From Candidatus Eiseniibacteriota bacterium (GTDB taxonomy: Bacteria > Eisenbacteria > RBG-16-71-46 > SZUA-252), in contig OY969801.1 of NCBI GenBank assembly GCA_963703225.1, forward strand, positions 1,131,096-1,195,095: a stretch of 64,000 bases of DNA, given 5' to 3'. How positions within the stretch are numbered: the first letter of the stretch is position 1; each line of letters starts with the position of its first letter. Positions 20,238-29,980 of the stretch are shown here, piece after piece. A program made the position numbers and the translations under genes. The notes beneath the pieces are model-generated. The model did no database searches and had not been told where the DNA came from. It saw nothing but the letters and a program-made list of their open reading frames with translations.

Positions 20238-20659
20238 CGCTCGCCGCCTCCCTCGCCCTCTCGCTGGCGTCATGCCAGACGCTGAGCGGATCCAAGGGGT
20301 CGCCGGAGGACTTCGTGCGGCTGAAAGACGAGCTGAGCGCCGATCGCGGGCGGTTGGGCATGGCCCTCTCCGACAACGCGCTCGATCGGGTGCCCGACAT
20401 CATGAAGTCGCTGACGGGACGCTTCGACGAGATCTGGTCGAAATCCTCCGCGATGAACCTTCTGGATCGGGAACACCTTGCCATCCAGCTCGCCTCCGCG
20501 CGGAAGCAGGTCACGTCCATCAATCAGTGGGCCTCCTCGAACGACGCGGACGCCGTGCGGTCCGAAGTGGAGAAGCTGGACGGAATCCTGAGCGAGGTCG
20601 ACACACTCCTCGATCACACCATCCGCGCCACCTCGGCCGATCAACCCTCCGGCTCCTAG
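20201..20659 (+). CDS. Small lipoprotein (hypothetical) whose start overlaps the 3' end of the cox3-like gene
   Basis: In a different frame from cox3: M(G)MRLHHRLPALALAASLALSLASCQTLSG has a positive n-region, a hydrophobic core and an L-A-S-C lipobox. The rest is hydrophilic and non-repetitive (about 130 aa). It appears only as the tail of a long artefactual track ORF. Confidence 0.55.
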   Translation: MGMRLHHRLPALALAASLALSLASCQTLSGSKGSPEDFVRLKDELSADRGRLGMALSDNALDRVPDIMKSLTGRFDEIWSKSSAMNLLDREHLAIQLASARKQVTSINQWASSNDADAVRSEVEKLDGILSEVDTLLDHTIRATSADQPSGS

Positions 20660-20669
20660 GGAGCCACCC

Positions 20670-21380
20670 ATGCCCTCCGAGGACCCCGTCGACGCGCTGA
20701 TCGACGAGGGAGACGACGCCCTCGAAGAAGGCGACGCGACCCGCGCGCTCGAGCGGTTCGAACGGGCCCTGGCCGCCGATCCGGAGCACTGGGGCGCCGC
20801 GCTCGGGCGGATCGAGAGCCTCCATCTTCTCTGGCGCACCGACGAGGCGCTGAAGGCCGTCCGCGGTCTTCTGCCCGCGGAAGCCGAGGAGGACGATCCG
20901 GAGCGCGCCGAGCTGGAGGCCCGCATTCTCGAGGCCCGCGGCGAATTTGAATCCGCCGACCGCCTCTTCGCGCTCGCCCACGACCTCGAGGCGAAGGAAT
21001 TTCCTCTGCCGATCCGCACGACCGAGGAGGATTTCCGCGCGATTCTCGATAAGGTGCTCGAATCGCTCCCCGACGTGATCCGCGGCGCGGTGGCCGAGGT
21101 CCCCGTCCTCGTGGAAGCCAAGCCGAAGCGCGCGATCGCGGATCGGGCACCGCACATCACCCCCGAGGTGTTGGGGCTCTTCGTGGGCACGGCGCTCGGG
21201 GAGAAGGTGGTCGCGCTCTCGGGCTATCCCAACGTCGTGATTCTCTTCCAGCGAAATCTGGAGCGGGCGGGCCGCTCCCGGACCGAAGTGGCCAAGGAAA
21301 TCAAGATCACGCTGCTGCACGAGTACGGACACTACTTGGGATTCGACGAAGAGGAGCTGGAGCACCTGGGGTTGGGATGA
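20670..21380 (+). CDS. Zincin-like metallopeptidase-family protein (HExxH) with TPR-like N-terminal region
   Basis: The C-terminal ITLLHEYGHYLGFDEEELEHLG contains HExxH and resembles small zinc-metallopeptidase-like domains. Confidence 0.6.
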   Translation: MPSEDPVDALIDEGDDALEEGDATRALERFERALAADPEHWGAALGRIESLHLLWRTDEALKAVRGLLPAEAEEDDPERAELEARILEARGEFESADRLFALAHDLEAKEFPLPIRTTEEDFRAILDKVLESLPDVIRGAVAEVPVLVEAKPKRAIADRAPHITPEVLGLFVGTALGEKVVALSGYPNVVILFQRNLERAGRSRTEVAKEIKITLLHEYGHYLGFDEEELEHLGLG

Positions 21381-21390
21381 CAGGGAGAGC

Positions 21391-22659
21391 ATGAAGAAAA
21401 TCGCGGTGGTAGGCGGAGGTCCCATCGGGATCGAGGCGGCGCTCGAGGCCAAGCGGCGGGGCTTCGACGTGGCGCTCTACGAGGCCCATCGGGTCGGCGG
21501 GCATCTCCTTCGCTTCGGCCACGTGGTCCTCTTCACGCCGTTTCGCATGAGCTCGACCGAAGCGGGGAGAACGCGGCTTCGAGAGGCGGGGGTCGCGCTG
21601 CCCGCCGACGAGGCGCTCTTGTCCGCGTCCCTTCTCGTGGAGAAATACCTGGCGCCGATCGCGCGTCTGCCCGAGCTGCGCGGGTCGATCTTCGAGGGCG
21701 CCCGGGTGACCGGGATCGCGCGCGAGGGGCTCACGAAGCCGCGCGGCGTCGCCGCGGCCGGCGACCTGAGCCGCGAGGGTAGGGCGTTCCTCCTCCGCGT
21801 CGAGGAGCTGGATGGGAGCGTGCGATTCGATCGCGCCGACTTCGTGTTGGACGCCACCGGCGTCTACGCCACGCCGAACGCGACCGGGTTCGGCGGGCTT
21901 CCCGCGGCGGGAGAGGAGCGGCTCGGAGGCCGGGCCGAGCGGCACATTCCCGACCTCGTGGGCGGGGCGCGGGAACGGTACGAGGGGCGCAGGATTCTGT
22001 TGATCGGGGACGGGCACTCCGCCGCCACGGCGCTCGCCGGGCTGGACGAGCTATCGCGCGCGCGCGGCTCGGGGGGAGGCTTCGCGGTTGACTGGGTGCA
22101 TCGCGACCGCGGCAAGGAGGGCGTCTACGCCGAGCTCCGGGATGACGCGCTCCCGGCCCGGCGGGAGTTGGCGGCGCGCGCGAACACGATCGCGCGCACC
22201 GCGGCGTGGCTCACCCGCCACCCGGGCGCGTCCATCGTGTCCTACGGAGCCGGGCCGGCGGGCCGCATCCGCGCCGCGCTCGCCATGCCCTCGGGCGAGG
22301 AGCGCGCGGTCGACGTGGATCGGGTGCTGGCGCTGGTTGGATACCGGCCCGACACCGAGATCTACCGGGAGCTCCAGATCCACCTCTGCTACGCCTCGGA
22401 GGCTCCGATGAACCTGGCCGCTGCCCTCCTCACCGCGGGCATGGCCGCTCCCGAGAAGGTCGCCGATTGTCTCTCTCAGGTCTCCCACGGGGCGGAATCG
22501 CTTCGGTCTCCTGAGCCCGGCTTCTTCATCCTGGGCGCCAAGAGCTACGGCAGGAACCCAGCGTTCCTTCTCACGATCGGACATCAGCAGATCGTTGACG
22601 CCTGCCAGCTCATGGGTGAGCCGTCTCTCCAAATCGCCGTTCCATCGAGCGTATCGTAG
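21391..22659 (+). CDS. FAD/NAD(P)-binding oxidoreductase (flavoprotein)
   Basis: MKKIAVVGGGPIGIEAALEAKRRGFDVALYE is a Rossmann dinucleotide-binding motif, with a second GxGxxA at RILLIGDGHSAATAL. Confidence 0.65.
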   Translation: MKKIAVVGGGPIGIEAALEAKRRGFDVALYEAHRVGGHLLRFGHVVLFTPFRMSSTEAGRTRLREAGVALPADEALLSASLLVEKYLAPIARLPELRGSIFEGARVTGIAREGLTKPRGVAAAGDLSREGRAFLLRVEELDGSVRFDRADFVLDATGVYATPNATGFGGLPAAGEERLGGRAERHIPDLVGGARERYEGRRILLIGDGHSAATALAGLDELSRARGSGGGFAVDWVHRDRGKEGVYAELRDDALPARRELAARANTIARTAAWLTRHPGASIVSYGAGPAGRIRAALAMPSGEERAVDVDRVLALVGYRPDTEIYRELQIHLCYASEAPMNLAAALLTAGMAAPEKVADCLSQVSHGAESLRSPEPGFFILGAKSYGRNPAFLLTIGHQQIVDACQLMGEPSLQIAVPSSVS

Positions 22660-24457
22660 GCGCGTAGTCGGGCCACCGTTTCAGGACCTCGGTCCAAACC
22701 TGCCTCGCGGAATCGGGCTGCCCGGCCTCGTAGAGCGCCACCCCCAGGCTCTGGCGGTAGTCCGGACGGTCCCCTTCCATCTCGATCGCCGATCGGAATT
22801 GGACCAAGGCTTCGGCGTATCGCCCGGTCCTCGCGTAGCAGAGGCCGAGGTTGTAACGCGCCCCGGAGCGCGTGACCCCCCGGCGAAGCGCCTCCTCGAG
22901 CTTGGCGATGGCCTCCCCGTAGTTACCCTCGTTGTAGAGGATCGTGCCGGCCCTCATCCAATAGCGCGCGTTCGTCGGCTCGGCGTCGATCGCGGCCTCG
23001 GCGAACCGCAGCGCCGAGGGGAGATCCCCTCGATCCTCGAAGAATTCGGAGAGCGTGCTGTTTCCGTAGCCTCTGCCATAGGGGGTGATGCGCGAGCCGG
23101 GCGCGAGGAGCGTCTCGTATCGGGCGACCCCCGCCGCCTGGTTGGCGTTCACCAGCACGAACGCGAAGAGCGACGAGGCGGAGAGAACGATCAGCGCGGC
23201 CCCGACAAGCGGCGCCCGACAGAGAAACCGCGCCGCGACGATTCCGGCGATCCCAAGCGGGAGGAGGAGGACCGCGGTGAGGTCCCAGTCCTGCGCGGGC
23301 GCGACCGGCAGCGAGAGGGCGGCCGCCGGAATCAGCCCACAGACGGCCGCCGTGGCGAGGACCAGCGTGGGCTCGGAGCGGGGCCAAATGCGGCCTCGTT
23401 CCGCGACGGTCAAGGAGAGCAGCAGGAGCGCCGGGACCGGTATCGCGAGAAGGACCGCGTTCGCGACGTCGGACGCGTGGTCGAGCGATGCCCAAGGGTA
23501 GGGTCGGTTGAGGTGGTCTCCCCCGTGGGCGGAAAAGAATCCCTGCGCGGCCGTGCGAAACGGGACGAGCCAATCGGACGGCGTCGTTCCCACGGCCAGA
23601 AGGAGCAAGGGCGCCGCGGCCAGGGGGATCGCGAGGAGCGCGAGCCGCCGGGTCCACGGCGCGTCCGTTCGGGCCAAGGCCAGGACATAGGACGGAAGGA
23701 GGAAGAGCGTCATGATGTGGGTCGCGATGGCGACGGCCAACGCGATGCCGCAGAGCCAGGGTGGGTCGGCGCCGCGCGCGCATCGCAGCGCGAGCCAGAG
23801 GTAGGCCAGGATGGCGACGCAAACGACCGGGTAGCTCTCGATGTAGCCGAAGTAAAGCTGTGAAGCGCCGAGGGTGATCACGAGGATCCAGGCCACGCGT
23901 CGAACGACGTGATCCTGGACGACCTCTCGAACGATCTGCCGCGCGATGATGGCCGCGACAACGCCGCAGGCGACGGGGAGGAGCCCGAGCGACTCCGCCC
24001 CCACGGGCCGCCCCATCACGTGCATGAAGTTCGCGAACGCCCGCCAAACGGCCGTGGCCAGGGGCTCTCCGAATGGCTTGGCCTCGCCGCCCGTGAGCTG
24101 GTTCAGCCAGACGATTCCGTCGCCGAGGAAGTGGGTCTTGCTCCGGAGCGCGAGAAGGAGCACGCCGTAGACGCACAGGATGCCGATCCATGCCCGCGAC
24201 GAGCGCCGCCTGCGCGCGCCCGTCTTCGATCGCTGCCCGGACGGATGCCCGTGCATTGGGGCGCCGTCCGGAGCGGGCCGAACCAGCGCGAGCCAGAGCA
24301 TCACCGCCGCCGCGAAGGGGACGGCGATCAACCCGGCGCGCGGGACGGGCGGGAGGAAGCCGGGAAGGTGGAGTCCCCAGGCGCGAGGGCCGGGGTGGAT
24401 TGACGCCGCGAGCACTCCCACCGCGTAGCCCGTCGCGCCCAGGGCGAGCGCGACCAA
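22610..24457 (-). CDS. Polytopic membrane protein with C-terminal TPR repeats
   Basis: 615 aa with more than 10 hydrophobic segments, then C-terminal TPR-like repeats (ARYWMRAGTILYNEGNYGEAIAKLEEAL..., YNLGLCYARTGRYAEALVQFRSAIE...). Confidence 0.6.
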   Translation of the reverse strand: MVALALGATGYAVGVLAASIHPGPRAWGLHLPGFLPPVPRAGLIAVPFAAAVMLWLALVRPAPDGAPMHGHPSGQRSKTGARRRRSSRAWIGILCVYGVLLLALRSKTHFLGDGIVWLNQLTGGEAKPFGEPLATAVWRAFANFMHVMGRPVGAESLGLLPVACGVVAAIIARQIVREVVQDHVVRRVAWILVITLGASQLYFGYIESYPVVCVAILAYLWLALRCARGADPPWLCGIALAVAIATHIMTLFLLPSYVLALARTDAPWTRRLALLAIPLAAAPLLLLAVGTTPSDWLVPFRTAAQGFFSAHGGDHLNRPYPWASLDHASDVANAVLLAIPVPALLLLSLTVAERGRIWPRSEPTLVLATAAVCGLIPAAALSLPVAPAQDWDLTAVLLLPLGIAGIVAARFLCRAPLVGAALIVLSASSLFAFVLVNANQAAGVARYETLLAPGSRITPYGRGYGNSTLSEFFEDRGDLPSALRFAEAAIDAEPTNARYWMRAGTILYNEGNYGEAIAKLEEALRRGVTRSGARYNLGLCYARTGRYAEALVQFRSAIEMEGDRPDYRQSLGVALYEAGQPDSARQVWTEVLKRWPDYAPTIRSMERRFGETAHP

Positions 24458-24716
24458 GGCGCGGCGCTGGGTTGGGGCGTGGTAAGGGTCGATCAGGATC
24501 CCTCCGCCCGATTTGACTCGATGACCGCCCGGATCGCGGGGGAGCAGGCGGGCATTATATCAGGGCCTTGCCCTCGGGAGCGGGAAGGACCGTCATTTCT
24601 TTCCCAGTTGCGCCCCCCGAGGCGGGGCGTACAATCACTCCGACCTGACCGCAAGTTCGCGCCCTGCCGCTCTGAAGCCGGCAGGGCGCCGTTTCGCCAG
24701 CCAAACAGGGGGTTCC

Positions 24717-25979
24717 ATGCTCGTGGTGGCCGAGGCAGTCCGAAATCCGTTTGAAATCGCGCAGCGGCAATTCGACATCGCCGCCGACGCGCTCGAGCTC
24801 GAGGAAGGCATCCGGTTGAAGCTCCGGGTCCCCCGGCGCTGCCTCATCGTGTCGGTCCCTTTCGAGATGGACGACGGCAGCTGGCGCGTGGTCCAGGGCT
24901 ACCGCGTGCAGCACGACGTCTCGCGCGGGCCGGCCAAGGGTGGCATCCGGTTCCACCCTCAGGTGACGCTCGACGAGGTCAAGGCGCTCGCGGCGTGGAT
25001 GACCTGGAAGTGCGCGGTGGTGAATCTTCCGTACGGCGGCGCCAAGGGCGGGATCGAGGTCGACCCCAAGGTCCTCTCGCTCCACGAGCTGGAGCGGATG
25101 ACCCGCCGCTACACGAATGAAATCGCGATCATCATCGGTCCCGAGAAGGACATTCCAGCTCCCGACGTCTACACCGACGCGCAGGTCATGGCGTGGATCA
25201 TGGACACGTTCACCATGCGGCAGGGCTTCGCCTCGCCCGGTGTCGTGACCGGAAAGCCGATCATGCTCGGCGGCTCGCTCGGGCGCAGGGAAGCGACGGC
25301 GCGCGGCTGCACGGTGACGATCGAGGAGGCGTGCAAGCACCTTGGGCTCAAGCTCCCCGGGCTCACGGTGGCGATCCAGGGCTACGGAAACGCCGGCTCC
25401 ATCGCGCACGATCTGCTCCATGCGCGCGGCGCCAAGGTCGTGGCCGTCAGCGACTCGCGCGGGGGAATCCAGAGCGCGAGTGGTCTCGACCCCGCGGCGG
25501 TGCAGGCGCACAAGAAGGAGGCGGGGAGCGTCGCCGGGATGCGCGGGACCGACCGGCTCACGAACAAGGAGCTGCTGGAGCTCAAGGTCGACATCCTGAT
25601 CCCCGCGGCCCTCGAGAACCAGATCAACGAGGAGAACGCCCCCAAGATTCGCCCCAAGATTTTGGCCGAGGCCGCCAACGGGCCGACGACCCCCGAAGCC
25701 GATCCGATCCTCCACGAAAACGGCGTCTTCCTGGTACCCGACATTTTGGCGAACGCCGGCGGCGTCACGGTTTCCTACTTTGAGTGGGTCCAGGACCTCG
25801 CCAACTATTTCTGGAGCGAGGATGAGGTCAACCAGAAACTCGAGACCATCATGCGCCGCTCGTTCAAGGACGTGGTGAGCTTGATGCAGAAGCACCGAGT
25901 GCCGATGCGGACCGCGGCCTACATGCTCGGCGTCGGGCGCGTCGCGGAAGCGACCCGGCTCCGGGGGCTCTACGGATGA
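24717..25979 (+). CDS. gdhA: Glutamate dehydrogenase (Glu/Leu/Phe/Val dehydrogenase family)
   Basis: The active-site region [21 protein letters not shown], and the NAD(P) motif IQGYGNAGS. 420 aa. Confidence 0.92.
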   Translation: MLVVAEAVRNPFEIAQRQFDIAADALELEEGIRLKLRVPRRCLIVSVPFEMDDGSWRVVQGYRVQHDVSRGPAKGGIRFHPQVTLDEVKALAAWMTWKCAVVNLPYGGAKGGIEVDPKVLSLHELERMTRRYTNEIAIIIGPEKDIPAPDVYTDAQVMAWIMDTFTMRQGFASPGVVTGKPIMLGGSLGRREATARGCTVTIEEACKHLGLKLPGLTVAIQGYGNAGSIAHDLLHARGAKVVAVSDSRGGIQSASGLDPAAVQAHKKEAGSVAGMRGTDRLTNKELLELKVDILIPAALENQINEENAPKIRPKILAEAANGPTTPEADPILHENGVFLVPDILANAGGVTVSYFEWVQDLANYFWSEDEVNQKLETIMRRSFKDVVSLMQKHRVPMRTAAYMLGVGRVAEATRLRGLYG

Positions 25980-27124
25980 AAGCGACCAAGGGCGCGACCA
26001 GGGGCGAAGCGACGAGTCCCAAGGCGAGCGCCGCCGCGCCGGACGATTTCTTGAAGATCCGGGGGACGGACCACCTCGAGTTCTACGTCGGGAACGCGAA
26101 GCAGGCGGCCTACTACTACGCCCACGCGTTTGGGTTTGCCGTGGTGGCGTACGGCGGCCTGGAGACCGGCCAGCGGGACCGCGCGTCCTTTGTGCTCCAG
26201 CAGGGAAAGGTGAGGCTGGTCCTCACCGCCCCGCTTGGCCCGGACGGACCGATCGCCGACCACGTCCACCGGCACGGGGACGGAGTCAAGGACATCGCGC
26301 TCGAGGTCGAGGACGTCGACCGGGCGTGGGAGGGGACGACCAAGCGGGGCGCCCGCTCGATCGAGGAGCCCCACGACGTGAAGGACGAGCACGGCACGAT
26401 ACGCCGGGCGGCGATCGCCACCTACGGCGATACGATCCACTCCTTCGTCGACCGCTCCAAGTACAAAGGCGCCTTCATGCCCGGCTATCGCGGCACCGGC
26501 GCCAAGCCTGAGCCCGGCCCCCTCCTCCACATCGATCACGTGGTGGGGAACGTTCCGTTGGGGGACATGAACCGTTTCGTCGCCTACTACCGGGACGTCA
26601 TGGGGTTCACCCAGTACCAGCATTTCGACGACAAAGACATCTCCACCGAGTACTCCGCGCTGATGTCCAAGGTGATGGCGGACGGATCGGGCCGGATCAA
26701 GTTCCCGATCAACGAGCCGGCGGAGGGGAAGCGCAAGTCCCAGATCGAGGAGTACCTCGAGTACTACCGCGGCCCCGGCGTCCAGCACGTCGCGCTTGCC
26801 ACGGCGGACATCATCCACACGGTGGCGCGGCTTCGGGACAGCGGGGTCTCGTTTCTCACGGTCCCGCCCGCTTACTACGAGGTGCTTCCGAACCGGGTGG
26901 GCACGATCGACGAGAATATCGACACCCTCGCCGGTCTCGGCATTCTGGTGGACCGGGACGAGGAGGGCTATCTCCTCCAGCTCTTCACCAAGCCCGTGGA
27001 AGACCGGCCGACGGTGTTCTACGAGATCATTCAGCGAAAGGGGAGCCGCGGTTTCGGCAAGGGGAACTTCAAGGCTCTCTTCGAGGCGATCGAGCGGGAG
27101 CAGTCGCTCCGGGGCAACCTCTAG
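25976..27124 (+). CDS. hppD: 4-hydroxyphenylpyruvate dioxygenase
   Basis: [12 protein letters not shown] and the C-terminal [23 protein letters not shown]. 382 aa, two VOC domains. The start overlaps the gdhA stop. Confidence 0.92.
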   Translation: MKATKGATRGEATSPKASAAAPDDFLKIRGTDHLEFYVGNAKQAAYYYAHAFGFAVVAYGGLETGQRDRASFVLQQGKVRLVLTAPLGPDGPIADHVHRHGDGVKDIALEVEDVDRAWEGTTKRGARSIEEPHDVKDEHGTIRRAAIATYGDTIHSFVDRSKYKGAFMPGYRGTGAKPEPGPLLHIDHVVGNVPLGDMNRFVAYYRDVMGFTQYQHFDDKDISTEYSALMSKVMADGSGRIKFPINEPAEGKRKSQIEEYLEYYRGPGVQHVALATADIIHTVARLRDSGVSFLTVPPAYYEVLPNRVGTIDENIDTLAGLGILVDRDEEGYLLQLFTKPVEDRPTVFYEIIQRKGSRGFGKGNFKALFEAIEREQSLRGNL

Positions 27125-27130
27125 CGACCC

Positions 27131-28099
27131 ATGCGTCTCGTCTCCTTCTCCCCGAAGGGGGCGGGATCCTCGGCCCTCGGGCTACTCGAGGACGGTTTCG
27201 TCCTCGAGCTCAATCGCGCCGCCGCCCTTCTCGACGTTCCGGACGCCGGTCCCACGCTGCTCGCCTCCATGGAGTCACTCCTCACCGACTGGGATCATGG
27301 CTTGGCCGTGGCACGAGAGACCATGGCCCGCGCCGCGGGGGCTTCGTCCCAGGCACGCGAGCGTCTGGCCGTCGCCCGCCACCCGACGGACGCGGTGGCG
27401 ATCCATCCCCCGGTGCGCCGTCCGCCCAGCATCCGTGACTTCTATTCCTTCGAAACCCACGTCCGAAACGCGCGCGCCCGCCGCGGGCTCCCCGTTCCGC
27501 CGGAATGGTACGAGTTCCCGGTCTTCTACTTCTCCAATCCCGGCGCCCTGGTGGGGCACGGCGAGACGGTTCACAAGCCAGCCTGGACCGACGCGCTCGA
27601 CTACGAGCTGGAGATCGCCTGCGTGATCGGGAAGGAGGCGCGGGACGTGCGCGCCGAGGATTGGCGATCGGTGGTCGCGGGCTTCACCATCCTCAACGAT
27701 TGGAGCGCGCGGGACGTTCAGCGCCGGGAGATGGCGGTGGGGCTGGGACCGGCCAAGGGGAAGGATTTCGCCACGTCTCTCGGCCCGGCCCTGGTGACGC
27801 AGGACGAGCTGGAGCCGCGCCGCCAAGGCGATCGGCACGACCTCAAGATGGAAGCGCGCGTGAACGGGCGGACTCTCTCGTCGGCCAACGCCCGTGATAT
27901 GCACTACACGTTCGGCCAGATGATTGCGAGGGCCTCGCAGGACGTGTATCTTTTTCCGGGAGACGTGATCGGCTCCGGGACGGCGGGGGGTGGATGCCTC
28001 CTCGAGCTGGGGCCGGAAGTCCACCGCTGGCTACAGCAAGGCGACGAGGTAACGCTCGAAATCGAGCTGCTCGGCGCCTTGACCAATCGAATCGTTTGA
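27131..28099 (+). CDS. Fumarylacetoacetate hydrolase (FAH) family protein
   Basis: FAH-fold signatures YELEIACVIGKEARDV, GFTILNDWSARDVQ, and GDVIGSGT. It sits between hppD and hmgA. Confidence 0.85.
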   Translation: MRLVSFSPKGAGSSALGLLEDGFVLELNRAAALLDVPDAGPTLLASMESLLTDWDHGLAVARETMARAAGASSQARERLAVARHPTDAVAIHPPVRRPPSIRDFYSFETHVRNARARRGLPVPPEWYEFPVFYFSNPGALVGHGETVHKPAWTDALDYELEIACVIGKEARDVRAEDWRSVVAGFTILNDWSARDVQRREMAVGLGPAKGKDFATSLGPALVTQDELEPRRQGDRHDLKMEARVNGRTLSSANARDMHYTFGQMIARASQDVYLFPGDVIGSGTAGGGCLLELGPEVHRWLQQGDEVTLEIELLGALTNRIV

Positions 28100-28121
28100 G
28101 TTCCCGCGAGAGGTAAACCGT

Positions 28122-29312
28122 ATGCCGATGTACTTCAGCCTGGGACAGGTTCCGCACAAGCGGCACACCCAATTCCGGCGTCCCGACGGAAAGCTCTACA
28201 CCGAGCAGCTGATGGGATCCCGGGGCTTTACCGGGCGCTCGTCGCTGATCTACCACCACAACATGCCCACCCAGGTCCGCGAGATCCGGAAGATCCAGGA
28301 CTGCCGGGTGGAATACGCGGACGAGCAGGGGCTTCGCCACTACCACTTCAAGACGAAGGATCTCAAGAAGAGCGGCGACCCGGTCAGCGGCCGCGTGGTC
28401 CTGCTCCACAACAACGACGTCTCCATGGCGATCGCGGTCCCCGATCAGAAGATGTCCTACTTCTACCGCAACGGCCAGGGCGACGATCTCTACTACATCC
28501 ACGACGGCACCGGAAGAATCCAGACGATCTTCGGGGAGCTTCACTACAGACCCGGGGATTATGTCGTCATTCCCCGCGGCACATCCTACATGTTCCATCC
28601 CGACGCGGGACCGCAGCGCTACCTGGTGATCGAATCGGTCTCCTCGATCGAAAGCCCGAAGCGCTACCGAAACGAATACGGCCAGCTCCTCGAGCACGCC
28701 CCGTACTCGGAGCGCGATCTGCGGCGGCCGGAGCGGCTGGAAACGTTCACGGACCGCGGGAAGTTCGAGGTTCGGATCAAGGCGCGAAACCAGATCACGG
28801 CGTACGAGTTCGAGTTTCATCCTCTCGACGTCGTCGGCTGGGACGGCTTCCTCTATCCCTACATCTTCAACATCGAGGACTTCGAGCCGATCACGGGCCG
28901 GATCCACATGCCGCCGCCGACCCATCAGTGCTTCGAGGGACGGAACTTCGTGGTCTGCTCCTTCGTGCCGCGGATGTACGACTACCATCCGCTCTCGATC
29001 CCGGTCCCGTACAACCACTCCAACGTCGACTCCGACGAGGTGCTCTACTACGTGAACGGCAATTTCATGAGCCGGCGGGGCATCGAGGTCGGATCGTTCA
29101 CGCTCCACCCCTCGGGAATCCCGCACGGGCCTCACCCGGGCGCCACGGAGGCTTCGCTGGGAGCCAAGGAGACGAAGGAGCTCGCGGTGATGCTGGATAC
29201 GTTCTACCCGCTCAACGTCACCAAGGACGCGGCCCCCTACGACGATGCCGCGTATCCGTACTCGTGGCTCGAGCCGGCGGGGAAGTTCACCGGCGAGGGC
29301 GCGACCGGGTGA
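28122..29312 (+). CDS. hmgA: Homogentisate 1,2-dioxygenase
   Basis: 396 aa matching HmgA (..YYIHDGTGRIQTIFGEL.., ..FVPRMYDYHPLSIPVPYNHSNVDSDEVLYYVNGNFMS..). Confidence 0.93.
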   Translation: MPMYFSLGQVPHKRHTQFRRPDGKLYTEQLMGSRGFTGRSSLIYHHNMPTQVREIRKIQDCRVEYADEQGLRHYHFKTKDLKKSGDPVSGRVVLLHNNDVSMAIAVPDQKMSYFYRNGQGDDLYYIHDGTGRIQTIFGELHYRPGDYVVIPRGTSYMFHPDAGPQRYLVIESVSSIESPKRYRNEYGQLLEHAPYSERDLRRPERLETFTDRGKFEVRIKARNQITAYEFEFHPLDVVGWDGFLYPYIFNIEDFEPITGRIHMPPPTHQCFEGRNFVVCSFVPRMYDYHPLSIPVPYNHSNVDSDEVLYYVNGNFMSRRGIEVGSFTLHPSGIPHGPHPGATEASLGAKETKELAVMLDTFYPLNVTKDAAPYDDAAYPYSWLEPAGKFTGEGATG

Positions 29313-29322
29313 CGGTCTAGCG

Positions 29323-29976
29323 GTGGGCGGCCCCGAGACCGGCGCGTTCCGAGACGTCGACCCGGCGACCGTACCGCCCGGAGAGTTCTACTCGCTCTTG
29401 ACCGGCTGCGTGGTCCCGCGGCCGATCGCGTTCGTCTCCTCCCTCTCCAAGACAGGCATCGCGAACTTAGCACCGTTCTCCTTCTTCAACGCGGGCGGCG
29501 CCAACCCGCCGTCCCTGGTCTTCATGCCGGTCACCGGCGGCACGGGTCGCGACAAGGACACCCTCCACAACGTGCGGGAGACCGGGGAGTACGTCATCCA
29601 CCTGGTCCCCTGGGCCATCCGCGAGCGGATGAACGTCGCGTCGGCCGAGTTTCCACCCGAGGTGGACGAGTTCGAGGTGGCCGGATTCACGAAGGTGGCC
29701 AGCACGAGGGTGAAACCGTGGCGGGTGTTGGAGTCGCCGATCGCGCTCGAGTGCAAGTTGTTCCGGATCGTCGAGCACGGATCGGGGCCCTATCACGCGA
29801 ACTACGTGATCGGGGAAGTGGTCTATCTTCACCTCGCGGAAGCCGTCATGACCGGAACCCGCGTCGACGCGGCCAAGCTGGATGCGATCGCCCGTCTGGG
29901 GGGGCCCTACTACACGCGGGTCACGCGAGAATCGATCTTCAGCCTGCCGCGCCCGGTCTTACCCCCGGCGAAGTAG
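29323..29976 (+). CDS. Flavin reductase-like FMN-binding protein
   Basis: The GTG at 29323 lies just after the hmgA stop. FYSLLTGCVVPRPIAFVSS, NLAPFSFFN and VIHLV are characteristic. Confidence 0.8.
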   Translation: MGGPETGAFRDVDPATVPPGEFYSLLTGCVVPRPIAFVSSLSKTGIANLAPFSFFNAGGANPPSLVFMPVTGGTGRDKDTLHNVRETGEYVIHLVPWAIRERMNVASAEFPPEVDEFEVAGFTKVASTRVKPWRVLESPIALECKLFRIVEHGSGPYHANYVIGEVVYLHLAEAVMTGTRVDAAKLDAIARLGGPYYTRVTRESIFSLPRPVLPPAK

Positions 29977-29980
29977 TCGG

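Noticed and set aside
19208-20659. 483-aa plus-strand ORF spanning the RND 3' end, cox3 and beyond
   Set aside because: Only its last about 150 aa (from 20201) look like a real lipoprotein. The rest is Arg-rich out-of-frame read-through of RND and cox3.
20270-21452. Minus-strand ORFs 20270..21190, 20520..21452 and 20656..21150
   Set aside because: Antisense to the lipoprotein and zincin-like genes. Ser/Arg/Ala low-complexity.
22923-25895. Minus ORFs 22923..24191 and 24555..25895
   Set aside because: Out of frame or antisense to the TPR membrane protein and to gdhA. Arg/Pro/Gly-rich.
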